Assembly (NCBI GenBank): GCA_032128375.1 | Contig: JAQBGU010000174.1 | Location: 1-17,486, forward strand | Reading direction: 5' to 3' | Length of the DNA: 17,486 bases | From: Deltaproteobacteria bacterium | GTDB lineage: Bacteria > Myxococcota_A > UBA9160 > SMWR01 | Shown here: positions 1 to 8,932 of the stretch, piece by piece | Layout: each line of letters opens with the position of its first letter | Position numbering within the stretch: the stretch's first letter is position 1 | Notes under the pieces: generated by a model | Told to the model about the DNA's origin: nothing | Database searches by the model: none | What the model saw: only the letters and a program-made list of their open reading frames with translations | Made by a program: the position numbers and the translations under genes

Positions 1-2
1 GC

Positions 3-653
3 GTCTATGCGATCACGGCCCAGCGCGGTGGGTGGGAGATGAAGCTGACCTCGTCGCCTGACGTTGCCGATTCCAAGCCGGTGCGACTTCCCTTCGAAGG
101 GGAGTGGAAGGTGTTCTGGGGCGGCGACAGTCGCGAGTACAATCACCACTTCGGGCATCCGAGCCAACGGCGTGCCGCTGACCTGATGATCGTGGACGAA
201 TCTGGGCGAACCCACAGCAAGGACGGCACCAAGAACGACCACTACTACGCGTACGGGAAGCCAATTCTGGCCGTAGCGTCCGGCACCGTCGTCACCATCG
301 TGGACGGCGTGGCCGACAACGTTCCAGGTGCGATGAACCCGTACTTCGCGCCGGGAAATAGGGTGATCCTCGAACACGACGGTGAGTGGTCCGTCTATGC
401 GCACCTGATTCCGGGCTCGAACGAGGTGGTAGTAGGTGATCGCGTGGAGCTGGGAGCCAAGCTCGGACGTTGCGGAAACAACGGCAACTCCAGCGAGCCG
501 CACCTGCACTTCCAGATCCAAAACGGGCCGCTGTTCGAAGATAGTTGGGGACTGCGAACGGTATTCAAGGGTGCCAAAGTCTCTCGGAGCGAGAAAACAA
601 TGGAGCCCGATACCGATCGTTTTCTGAGGGGTGATCTTGTGCGTGCGCGATGA
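3..653 (+). CDS. M23 family metallopeptidase (peptidoglycan DD-endopeptidase-like), probably 5'-partial
   Basis: Motifs YGKPILAVASGTVV, GNRVILEH, SVYAHL and GNNGNSSEPHLHFQ (HxH zinc motif). The frame is open from base 3 (VYAITAQRGGWE-MKL), so the true start is probably upstream of the window rather than ATG 39. Confidence 0.9.
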   Translation, partial: VYAITAQRGGWEMKLTSSPDVADSKPVRLPFEGEWKVFWGGDSREYNHHFGHPSQRRAADLMIVDESGRTHSKDGTKNDHYYAYGKPILAVASGTVVTIVDGVADNVPGAMNPYFAPGNRVILEHDGEWSVYAHLIPGSNEVVVGDRVELGAKLGRCGNNGNSSEPHLHFQIQNGPLFEDSWGLRTVFKGAKVSRSEKTMEPDTDRFLRGDLVRAR

Positions 654-780
654 TCAGCCCACGAACTCCAATTCGCGAGTGCATTTCGAGGATCCCGTTT
701 GCACACTCTCGACCTTCGCGCCGTGGCGCCTGCGTCGGCAAACGACAAACGGCACGCGCGGATCGGGGTCATGAAGTCGT

Positions 781-2073
781 TCAGCGACGCGCTGAAGAAC
801 CGCCTGTTGCGGGCCGGCCTTCGTCACCGGTGATCAGCCGGGCGCCGCGTTGGAACGTCGCGTAGGACCACGCCCAGGACATCATGACGAACACTCGATT
901 GCGGAATCCGATCAGAAAGAACACGTGGATCAGGAGCCACATCAGCCACGCGACGATTCCCGAGAACCGCAGTCGACCGAGGTCGGCGACGGCGGTGGCG
1001 CGACCGATGGTCGCCAGCGATCCCTTGTCGCGGTAGCGAAACCGCGCCCGGGGACGACCACGCAGGTCGTCGAGGATGCAACGTGCGGCGAAACGACCCT
1101 CTTGGACTGCGGCCGGCGCGACACCGGGTACGAACCCTCCGTCACAACTGACTGCCGCGAGATCACCGACGACGAACACCTCGGCTCGCGACGGCAGCGC
1201 GAGGTCCGGGCCGACCTCGACGCGTCCGGCGCGGTCGAGTGGCGCGCCGAGAATCTGCGCGAGCGGCGAGGCGCACACACCGGCGGCCCACAACACGGTG
1301 CGCGCCGCGATTCGCTCGTCGCCGATCTCGAGTCCGTCGGCGCCGATGCGCGTGACCTCGGCGCCGGTTCGAACCTCTGCCCCGAGACGTTCGAGCTGGC
1401 GCTGCGCTTTCTGCGACAGCTCTGGTGGGTACGTCGGCAGTACCCGTGGACCGCCTTCGAGCAGTAGCACACGCGCGGTCTCGGGCGCGATGCGTCGGAA
1501 GTCGCGCGCGAGCGCGTGGCGCGCGATCTCGCTGAGTGCACCGGCGAGCTCGACTCCGGTCGGCCCTGCCCCGACGACGACGAACGTCAACAGCTCACGT
1601 GCCCGCTCCGGACAGCGCTCAGCCTCTTCGTACGCGAGCAGGATCCGACGTCGGATCTCCAGGGCGTCCTCGACCGTCTTGAGACCGGGCGCGTGCGAAG
1701 CCCAGTCATCGTTACCGAAGTACGAATGCGTCGCTCCGGTCGCGACGACGAGGTAGTCGTACTCGACCGGGTCACCGTCCTCGATCTCCACCCGTCGAGC
1801 CTCGACGTCGATCCGCGCGACGGATGCCAGCAGCACCTGCGCGTTCCGCTGCTTGCGCAGTACCGCACGGATCGGATACGCGATGTCGCTCGGATTGAGT
1901 GCCGCGCTCGCGACCTGATACAGCAGCGGCTGGAACAGGTGGTGGTTGCGACGATCGAGCAGCGTGACGCGCACTGGCGCTCGCCGCAGCTCGCGCGCCG
2001 CTCGCAGTCCAGCGAAGCCGCCGCCGATCACGACGACGTGCGGGACTTCGCTCAACTCTCGCGCCGTGCTCAT
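781..2073 (-). CDS. ndh: Type II NADH dehydrogenase (NAD(P)/FAD-dependent oxidoreductase)
   Basis: 430 aa. Two Rossmann motifs (VVIGGGFAG, VVVGAGPTGVELAG), HLFQPLLYQVA, LVVATGA, VFVVGD, YRDKGSLATIGR and the C-terminal membrane anchor WLLIHVFFLIGFRNR. Confidence 0.96.
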   Translation of the reverse strand: MSTARELSEVPHVVVIGGGFAGLRAARELRRAPVRVTLLDRRNHHLFQPLLYQVASAALNPSDIAYPIRAVLRKQRNAQVLLASVARIDVEARRVEIEDGDPVEYDYLVVATGATHSYFGNDDWASHAPGLKTVEDALEIRRRILLAYEEAERCPERARELLTFVVVGAGPTGVELAGALSEIARHALARDFRRIAPETARVLLLEGGPRVLPTYPPELSQKAQRQLERLGAEVRTGAEVTRIGADGLEIGDERIAARTVLWAAGVCASPLAQILGAPLDRAGRVEVGPDLALPSRAEVFVVGDLAAVSCDGGFVPGVAPAAVQEGRFAARCILDDLRGRPRARFRYRDKGSLATIGRATAVADLGRLRFSGIVAWLMWLLIHVFFLIGFRNRVFVMMSWAWSYATFQRGARLITGDEGRPATGGSSARR

Positions 2074-2296
2074 GCTGTAGGAGTGTCCGGAATTCTCGTT
2101 CCTGCAATGCCAGAAGTGGGATACTTTGCTCTCGTCTTGGACTACCAGCGATGCGTAGGGTTTGAGCGAGGCGCCTAGCGGGTGCGAGCGCTGAAGCTCG
2201 AGGATCTCACCAGCAGCGATGCGCCCGATCCGCTTGCGCCTCTCCGCTGCCCAGCGTGTCCTCGCGAGATTTTCGCGCGCCCCGCCGCATCATGTG

Positions 2297-2372
2297 TCCG
2301 ACGGCTATCCGACACGAGGTGCCCCCAAAGTGACCCCATGTCTTCCGCAACCCTTTGAATTCATTGGGGTGA
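2297..2372. other. Possible relic attachment-site arm of an integrative element (11-bp-period direct repeats plus IHF-like site)
   Basis: TCCGAC at 2297 and 2308; GTGCCCCCA/GTGACCCCA at 2319 and 2330; CAACCCTTTGAAT at 2348-2360, one mismatch to the IHF consensus. The minus strand reads GGTCACCCCA-ATGAATTCAAAGGGTTG, like a tRNA 3' end followed by an island end. Confidence 0.3.
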
Positions 2373-2833
2373 CCTTCAGTGTACATGAACCGATTCGTTT
2401 TGTCCCCCGAGGGAAACACGCAGCGGACAGGGCAATCGTGCGATGAGACAACAGCGTCGTGTCACCTCTCCACCTTCCGCAGTTCATCGAAAAGGTTCAT
2501 CATCTCGCTCAGCATTTCGAGCCGCTCTCCTTCTGGGTCCATTCCCCAAACCAGCGCCAACTAACAGCCCAAGCTCAATCCGAATGTGCGCGGGTGTTCC
2601 GCTACACCAAGCACTGAGTTGGCCGCGGAATTTCGCTCGGCGCTACGCTCGCGCAACTGCCTCGTCATCCGGCGATTCATCTCCGTTGGCGGGCCCGAGA
2701 AACCGGGGAGCGCCATCGTATCGGCAACGCGGAGAATGCCCCGGACTCGGCTCACAGTTCGACGGGCAGAATGAGTTCCCGCACTGAGCGAAGACGAGTT
2801 CTCAACGAGCAAAAGGAGGCTACTGGAAGAGCC

Positions 2834-2852
2834 CTCGGCGGATTCTGCCGAG
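2834..2852 (-). terminator. GC-rich hairpin, possible terminator
   Basis: CTCGGCGGA-T-TCTGCCGAG inverted repeat about 60 nt downstream of the stop at 2909; weak U tract. Confidence 0.25.
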
Positions 2853-2908
2853 CGAGGCCCTGAAAGATCGAGCCGCGAAATCGACTCCGAACCGACCGTC
2901 GCGGACGT

Positions 2909-3400
2909 TCAAGAAATCGCAACTTCAGCAGGATAGGGCATCGCCGCTCTCAATAATCCGAGGCCAAGGATGATCCCTGCAACAAGCCAGCCGGCGGCGG
3001 TAGAGAGGGACGCGGCGAGGGGCGAGGGGGCCAGACTTGCCGCAAAGCGATAAATCTCAATGTACGTCCCGGTAGTCGTGTCTCCGTTCGAGTAGCTCAC
3101 CGAAAAATGAGCCACTGCTTGATGAGAGTGCATCGCCGGAAAGAAGTTGCATTGTCTGCAATGCCGAATCCAGTCCGCCGTTCGGATCGGGTCTCTCGGC
3201 AGCCGGAGATCGATGCCGAAATGCAAAAGCCCCAGCGTTCCCACAAACGGCCCAGACCAACCGAAGCTCTGTCTGGCGCGATGTACCGGCGGAGTCAGCG
3301 AATTCGACACACGTCGGCCAGACCACACCACGTTAGTGGTGCTTTCGCCGGCGTTCGGCACAACGAAATCGAGCGGCAACTGCGAGAGGTCGATGCTCAT
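2909..3400 (-). pseudogene. Decayed exported/surface protein with C-terminal hydrophobic anchor
   Basis: Ends ...SLSTAAGWLVAGIILGLGLLR, like a C-terminal sorting/TM segment. The most protein-like reading switches frame at the A5 run 3103-3107 (DALSSSSGSF|SVSYSNGDTTTGTY). No signal peptide or clear start. Confidence 0.35.
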
Positions 3401-3579
3401 GAAGCAACCCGTCGGATCACCTGTGAGAATTTGCGAGGCGATGAGCCTGCTGCAATTTCAGTTGATGTCCTTACGCATGCATGCGTCGGACTCATCATCG
3501 TCAACAAGCCACGCTTCCAGTCGAAGCCAAGAGCGGGATCCGCGACATCGACGCACCCTGAACTCACTGTGCTCGGGCC

Positions 3580-4804
3580 TCAGGCAGCCTTCAGTCGCAC
3601 CGGTAGTGTGCCGAGGGACACGAGAATCGGGTTGCCGATACCGAGTACGCTGTAGGTTGGGTCGCCGATGAGTTCGATGCCGCTCGTTCGCTTGAGCAGC
3701 TCTTCGAACAGGATCGTGATTTCGCGCCGCGCGAGATGGGCACCGAGGCAGAAATGCGGGCCGCCTCCGCCGAAGGCGATGTGCTCGTTGGGCTTGCGTC
3801 GAATATCGAAGCGAAACGGGTCTTCGAAGTAGTCGTCGTCACGATTGGCAGAGGGATACCAGAGCGATACGCGGTCTCCCTCGGCGAGCGGCACTCCGGC
3901 GATCTCCGTGTCCTCGGCGACAATGCGCTTGAAGTAGCCGACCGGCGAACTCCAGCGAATGATCTCCTCAGTCGCACTCTTCAACAAGCTCGGATCTTGG
4001 CGCAGGGCCTTCGAGCTGTGCGGGCTCGGCGAGCAATTGATTGAGCCCGCCGGCGATCGCGCCGCGGGTTGTTTCGCTGCCCGCGACCGTGAGCAGCATG
4101 AAGAAGGCATCGAGTTCGAGGTCGTTGAGTCTTCCGAGCTCGTCTTCGGCGGTGACCAGCTGCGACAAGATGTCGTCGCCGGGCTGGGCTCGCTTGCTTG
4201 CCGAGATCTTTTGTCCGTACCCGAAAACTTCGGCCGCAATGACGTCACGCTCGGTGATGGGAATGGGATGCTGGGGGTCGACGCAACCCAGCATGTCGTT
4301 GGTGAGGGCGAAGAGCCAGTTCCGGTCTTCCAGCGGAATGCCGAGCACGTCGGCGATCATGTGCATCGGCAGCTGATAGGCGACGTCCTGAACGAACTCG
4401 ACAGACTCGCGGGCGAGCGCGTCGTCGACAATTCTGATCGCCCAGTCTCGCGCTTGATACTCGAGTCGCTGGGTCATGCGAGGCGTGAAGCCTGAACTGA
4501 TCAGCTTGCGCTGACGAATGTGAGGCTGACCGTCCATGTCCGTGAGCATGAATCCCAGACCCTCGAATCCCAGGCCCGCACCGCCGCGTGAAAGGAAGAC
4601 GTCCGATTTGCGGTTCGCATCACGAATGTCCTCGTAACGCGACAAAACCCAAAAGCTCTCGCCGCTGGTGTCTTCGAAGTTGCCCGTCTCTGGGTGTCGC
4701 CAGACAGGCGCCTGTTCACGCAGCGCTGTGAAAATGTCGTGCGGAAAGCCATTGCGGTAGAGCTCTGGGCCAGTGAGATCGATTTCGTCGATGGTGATCG
4801 TCAT
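3580..4804 (-). pseudogene. Cytochrome P450 (CYP125/CYP142-like), split by a single +1 frameshift
   Basis: ORF 3968..4804 has GFPHDIFTALREQAPV and the I-helix LLTVAGSETTR. ORF 3580..4248 has EEIIRW (ExxR) and the haem motif FGGGGPHFCLGAHLAR. The span is 1225 nt (3n+1); removing one base at about 4008-4011 gives a continuous 407-aa protein (...AQLE|ALRQDPSLL...). Confidence 0.92.
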
Positions 4805-4950
4805 TCCGGTTTCTTCCAGGTGTCAGGGGATTGTTTCAAGAGCATTTCTGAGCGGGCGGTGGCGTTCTAAACGCTAGTTGACGTCTAGATCGAGATCTGC
4901 CCTACAGGAGACGCAAGTATGCGTAATTCCTTCGAGTGAATTGCGTTCTA

Positions 4951-5436
4951 TTAATAGTAGTTACCGCGTTCATCCCGCAAGACGTAGCTTGCCCACGGCG
5001 ACTCGGCTCCAACCCGCAAGTAGCCGACGCCCAGCTCATAGAGCGGATCCTGACCTTGCCGAAATGCGTTCCACTCGACGTCCTGCTCGAAGGGCAGCAT
5101 GACCAGACCCAACGGAATACAGAGCACGCCCACCACGCTCCGAAGAGCGCCCTGCGAGGCATGCAGCAATGACAGCCCGAGGTACCCGGGAACCGCGTAC
5201 ACACCCTGCAACCAGCCGCTATCGGAGACCGAGTCGAAGTTCCGATAGGTCGCGCGGGGCCCGCTCCAGAAAGGTGCAAGCACCACATCCTGCACGCCAC
5301 TTACCGTGTCCCCAAGAGCACGGCGGATCGTATCGGGCGATGCCGCTGCCGGACTCGCTGCGGCCGCCACCACCAAGGCCCAGACGACTCCGCGCAACGC
5401 GCGTTTCACTGCACTTCCCGGCACGGCGACCTGCAT
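4951..5436 (-). CDS. Hypothetical secreted/membrane protein (161 aa), loosely similar in layout to TIGR04073 exosortase-associated proteins
   Basis: GGGAGG RBS just upstream of ATG 5436; signal peptide VVWALVVAAAASPAAA|SPD; Gly-rich amphipathic helices ending GLVMLPF. The longer ORF from 5706 overlaps the upstream gene. Confidence 0.7.
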   Translation of the reverse strand: MQVAVPGSAVKRALRGVVWALVVAAAASPAAASPDTIRRALGDTVSGVQDVVLAPFWSGPRATYRNFDSVSDSGWLQGVYAVPGYLGLSLLHASQGALRSVVGVLCIPLGLVMLPFEQDVEWNAFRQGQDPLYELGVGYLRVGAESPWASYVLRDERGNYY

Positions 5437-5555
5437 CCAGCCTCCCTGTTCCTGGGCTCTTTTCTGACGTTTTTTGATGTTCGACGCCGACGCCGTTTCG
5501 GCGCATGGGTCGAATCGTTGCTTGGAAATCAAGGGGATTTTGTACCACGTTTGCA

Positions 5556-7379
5556 TCATTGCGCCGGTGGCGTCGTCTCGCCGGCGATTTCCAGAAGAGA
5601 GTCGCGGATCGCGGGTGCGCGCGACGACATCGCGCCGTGTGGGATGAACGCGTCGCCCGTGTCCGTGGCGATCTTCCAGAATTGTTCGGCCGCGTAGCGA
5701 TCCCAATAGGCCGGAGCCTTCGAGATGTCGTACCCTGCGGCTCGGGCGATCCGGAGCCCGAGCGCGTCCGCCTTCGTCTCGTCCTTCGCCTCCCGCATGC
5801 TGTCCAGAAGCTGGTGGCCGAGTTGGTGTGCTATTGCGATCGCGAGTTCGTCGTCGTCGTGTGCGAAGCGCAGTAGTCCGGTGGGAACCTGTATCTCTGT
5901 TCTGTTCAGGTGGTAGTCGGTATCTGCAGAGCTGCTGGGGAAGACAAGCGTGCCGTGTTCGCAGCCAATCTGGCGTTTCACTGATACCTCCAGGGTATCG
6001 TCGCCCCTCCCGATTTGAAACGCGAGATTGCCCGACTCTGAGTCGCGCATCCTTTCGAATACATGCGCGGTTTTCTTGATTCGATCGCCATCGATTTTCA
6101 GGATTCGATCCTGGAGCCTGATCCCGGCGAGTGCTGCGGGCGAACCATCGGCGACCGCAAAGACTGTCACATCCTCACCAGCACCGAATGCAGCCTCAGC
6201 TTCCGCCTTCTTTTCACGCATGAAGTCCTGACGCCGACCCACACTCGCCCCGAGGACCGGTGAAGTGTGCTCACCACAAACCTCTTTGCCAGCTATCGCG
6301 AGGCGATAGCTCACGTTGGCGATTCGTGTCTGGTCGGAGCGCAAACGCTCGAGTGCGTCGCTTCGAAGCGCTTCCTGGTGCCCCTCGAGTTCGTCCGCGT
6401 CGACGTCAGGCCGATTGAGCGAAAGGAAGCCCCTATGGGGTTCGAGCGGAAGCCCGGCCGACTGCTTTTCGGCGATCTCAGCGAGCACTGCGCGCAGCTC
6501 GAGCGAGCGCTTCGCGGAGGTCGGATGGCTGTAGAAACCCCAATCGATGAATCCGTAGGGGTTACTCCTCGCGAAGGAATCCCATACACCGGGTGCCTGC
6601 GAAATGTCGTATCCGGCGCGTGCGGCAAAGTAGAGGCCGAGGTAGTCGGACTCTGCCTCGTAGCGCTTGCTCCCCCTAAGGCTGCCCGTGTGTCCGAGGA
6701 CCATGTGTGCGAGTTCGTGTCCGGCAACGACCGCCAGCTGGTTGTCATCGGGAAGGAATCGAAGGATCCCGGAGTAGAAGTAGACACCGGTGATACTGCC
6801 CCAACTCATCGCGTATGCGTTGATCTGAGGTCCGAATTCGAAGTGACTCGGAATCGAGCAGCCCATCTGGACTTCGAGTTCGAGGGACATTCGCACTCCC
6901 TCACGTTCCACTTCCAGGCTGACGCTGCCGTTCTTTCCTCGCCCCCGCAGCAAGTCGAGATGAACACGTTTCTTGACCTTCTCTCCGTCGACAGCTTTGA
7001 CAATGTCTCCGGTCTGCAGACCGGCTCGTGCGGCTGGGAGCCCCGGGACGGTCGCGAGCACGTGCGGTTCGAGACCGAGCTGATAACGCTTTATGGTGGC
7101 TTCTACGAACGGCTTGACGTAGTCGACATCCCGATACCGATCGTCGATCGTGCGGTGATCGATAGCAAACACGCCTATGACGGGCGAGATATCCTTCCCA
7201 CACAGATCCGCACCGGCGATTCTGATTCGATCGACGACGCCCATCACCCGAGTCTGGCCGTCGAGCATCACATCAAAGGCCATATCGTTCAACCGACGCT
7301 CTTCGACGGATTCATCGGCGCTCGCAGGCAGAGTAAACAGGATTGTAAGCAGCAATGCGTGTCGGAATGCACGGCACAT
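5556..7379 (-). CDS. Secreted M48 family metallopeptidase with two tandem PDZ + M48 modules
   Basis: Signal peptide; PDZ1 PGLPAARAGLQTGDIVKAVDG; M48-1 INAYA, LAVVAGHELAH, EAESDYLG, ARAGYD, SHP; PDZ2 GSPAALAGIRLQDRILKIDG; M48-2 LAIAIAHQLGH, ETKADALG, RAAGYD. Confidence 0.9.
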   Translation of the reverse strand: MCRAFRHALLLTILFTLPASADESVEERRLNDMAFDVMLDGQTRVMGVVDRIRIAGADLCGKDISPVIGVFAIDHRTIDDRYRDVDYVKPFVEATIKRYQLGLEPHVLATVPGLPAARAGLQTGDIVKAVDGEKVKKRVHLDLLRGRGKNGSVSLEVEREGVRMSLELEVQMGCSIPSHFEFGPQINAYAMSWGSITGVYFYSGILRFLPDDNQLAVVAGHELAHMVLGHTGSLRGSKRYEAESDYLGLYFAARAGYDISQAPGVWDSFARSNPYGFIDWGFYSHPTSAKRSLELRAVLAEIAEKQSAGLPLEPHRGFLSLNRPDVDADELEGHQEALRSDALERLRSDQTRIANVSYRLAIAGKEVCGEHTSPVLGASVGRRQDFMREKKAEAEAAFGAGEDVTVFAVADGSPAALAGIRLQDRILKIDGDRIKKTAHVFERMRDSESGNLAFQIGRGDDTLEVSVKRQIGCEHGTLVFPSSSADTDYHLNRTEIQVPTGLLRFAHDDDELAIAIAHQLGHQLLDSMREAKDETKADALGLRIARAAGYDISKAPAYWDRYAAEQFWKIATDTGDAFIPHGAMSSRAPAIRDSLLEIAGETTPPAQ

Positions 7380-7606
7380 CGTGTGAGCCTATCACGCCCA
7401 TCCATTCCGGCACCCACCGATGCCGAAAGTGAGAGTGAATACACTCGATAGAGTCTAACTTGAGGAAACGACAAGTCGCAGCGTGCGGGACGCCTGAGAC
7501 TTGCGACCGCTGCGGAGTCAGCCGATCCGTCTATCATTCGTGTCGCAACCGGCACGTCCGCTCTGGCCCGAGCCGAAATCAGAGATCGCGGATGAGACCC
7601 TCTTCG

Positions 7607-7822
7607 TTATGCCGCACCTTCCTCGGCCTTTCGCCGAGCAAGGTATGCACGCAGCGCTTTGTTCACCGATTCGCGTGTCGGAAACTCGGCAGCAACGTCC
7701 GGATCGAGCACGACGACGTTCGAGCTTTGTTCAAATCGCTCGGCGTACTTCCCGCGAACGCCACCGGAGAAGTCGTACTCGTCGCGCATTTCGGGCTGTT
7801 CGGTGTTGTCATGCTTGCTCAT
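7607..7822 (-). CDS. BrnA-like antitoxin (71 aa)
   Basis: EMRDEYDFSGGVRGKYA...VVVLDPDVAAEFPTRESVNKALR is typical of the antitoxin family paired with BrnT. ATG 7822 overlaps the end of the toxin gene. Confidence 0.85.
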   Translation of the reverse strand: MSKHDNTEQPEMRDEYDFSGGVRGKYAERFEQSSNVVVLDPDVAAEFPTRESVNKALRAYLARRKAEEGAA

Positions 7823-8081
7823 AGGAACGTCTTTCGCTTCGAGTCGCGAGTCTCGCGCTGATGAGCCGAATGGACTCACCGCGGTCTGTGTGAACGACCA
7901 CCACAAGTCGCCCTGAGAATGCCTGGCCGATCAGTACATATCGATCCTCGTCATCCGAGGAGTCCGGGCCAATGATAGTGCTTGAGAGCGAATCTCCAAA
8001 GGCCGTTGCAGCTTCCTCGAACGAGACATCGTGCTTCTCGAGATTGGTTGCGGCTTTCTCGCGGTCCCATTCGAAGTTCAT
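7809..8081 (-). CDS. brnT: BrnT family ribonuclease toxin (DUF497)
   Basis: MNFEWDREKAATNLEKHDVSFEEAATAF...EDRYVLIG...IRLISARLATRSERRSYE, canonical BrnT motifs, 90 aa. Confidence 0.95.
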   Translation of the reverse strand: MNFEWDREKAATNLEKHDVSFEEAATAFGDSLSSTIIGPDSSDDEDRYVLIGQAFSGRLVVVVHTDRGESIRLISARLATRSERRSYEQA

Positions 8082-8473
8082 TTCAACTCAGGCGCCGCTT
8101 GTCCGGCATAACTCGTTTGCAACCAGCCGGCAGTGTATCGCGTCGTGCCGAAGATCCGTCTCTGGGCAGCACGTCCAGGTCCTGAAGCACACCGACGAGC
8201 GCCGCGGGATGGGACATGGTGGTCCGAAGGATACGCCGGCACTCGATGAGGCTCGATTCGCCAGTGCAAGCCGACGTGACACGATCGAGCGATCGAGCTG
8301 TCAACCCGCATCGGCCTTCAGATCGCTGACGACATTGGGATCCGGCGCGCGGTTGTGGGTGAGGCACGGATCGGGCAAAAACGCCCGTAAATTCCGGCAC
8401 CTTGCCACCCGCTACCTGGCTGGGCACGCTGAAACGCAGCTTCTTTCACCTATCAGCTCGCCCGGGGTTCGGA

Positions 8474-8932
8474 CTACTTTACGAATGCTTTCTCGAGTAC
8501 TGCAACCGCGTCCGCGAATCGCTCAGCGCTCGGGAGTTCCGGAAAGACGAGCCAGAAGCGGAATTGGCCGGTTCGGTCCCAAATACGAACGAAATAGCGG
8601 CCGTTCTTGTAGAACAGATCGGTCTTCCCTAGGTCGTCGAAGTAGAGCGTCTTGGGCTCCGGTACCGACACGGTACCTGCGGTCACGAATAGGACCTTCT
8701 TTGATCGAATTCTGTGAAAGACCAGATCGATCTTCTCGTCCGTAACCTCAACCGAAGTCGGCCGGTAGGGAGGCTGCTGCTCTTCGAACCCCCTCCGGAC
8801 TGTCGACCTCGCTTCGTCGATCGATAATGTGAAGACTGGAGAATACGCGAGCTGCTTCGCCCCACAACCGACTATGGTGGCTGCAACCATGAGGGCACTG
8901 ATCAACCGCGCCCCTGCAGCCTGGCCGTTCAC
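8474..8932 (-). CDS. Hypothetical lipoprotein (152 aa)
   Basis: GTG 8932 overlaps the upstream TGA (GTGA coupling); signal ARLISALMVAATIVG-C lipobox; beta-rich body ending in the helix SAERFADAVAVL (PH-like layout, inferred). Confidence 0.75.
   Translation of the reverse strand: MNGQAAGARLISALMVAATIVGCGAKQLAYSPVFTLSIDEARSTVRRGFEEQQPPYRPTSVEVTDEKIDLVFHRIRSKKVLFVTAGTVSVPEPKTLYFDDLGKTDLFYKNGRYFVRIWDRTGQFRFWLVFPELPSAERFADAVAVLEKAFVK

Larger units (their letters stand above)
7606..8112 (-). mobile_element. Integron-type gene cassette (TA cassette) with incomplete attC sites
   Basis: The minus strand begins GTTATGCCGGAC (8112-8101) about 20 nt before the brnT ATG and ends GTGCGGCATAAC (7617-7606), with the antitoxin TAA inside the AAC inverse core. 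The two ends are 11/12 complementary. Confidence 0.7.

Noticed and set aside
2363..2440. tRNA, tmRNA, 6S or RNase P gene
   Set aside because: Only a CCA-like end and a GGTTC are present; T-arm spacing is wrong and no cloverleaf or other conserved RNA motif could be built.
2462..2812. Minus-strand ORF 2561..2812 and its read-through (…GMDPEGERLEMLSEMMNLFDELRKVER)
   Set aside because: Internal stop and no recognisable family; may be a remnant but cannot be supported.
4862..4898. Palindromes upstream of the P450 (GCGTT-CTA-AACGC; AGATC-GA-GATCT) as a TetR/KstR operator
   Set aside because: Short, no match to the KstR consensus TnnAACnnGTTnnA, and expected by chance.
6267..7451. Long plus-strand ORF (394 aa) and similar antisense ORFs at 850-2178, 11118-11894, 14334-15227 and 16088-16858
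   Set aside because: Antisense shadows of well-supported genes in high-GC DNA, with no motifs of their own.
7453..7612. Complete attC from GCATAAC (7612-7606) to GTTAGAC (7459-7453) on the minus strand
   Set aside because: About 160 bp long with no complementary L boxes or extended stem; only the terminal triplets and a short GAGG/CCTC pair match.
7972..8745. 257-aa plus-strand ORF as a real gene
   Set aside because: Overlaps brnT and the lipoprotein gene in antisense; Arg/Ser-rich and without domain features apart from one short fragment noted in findings.
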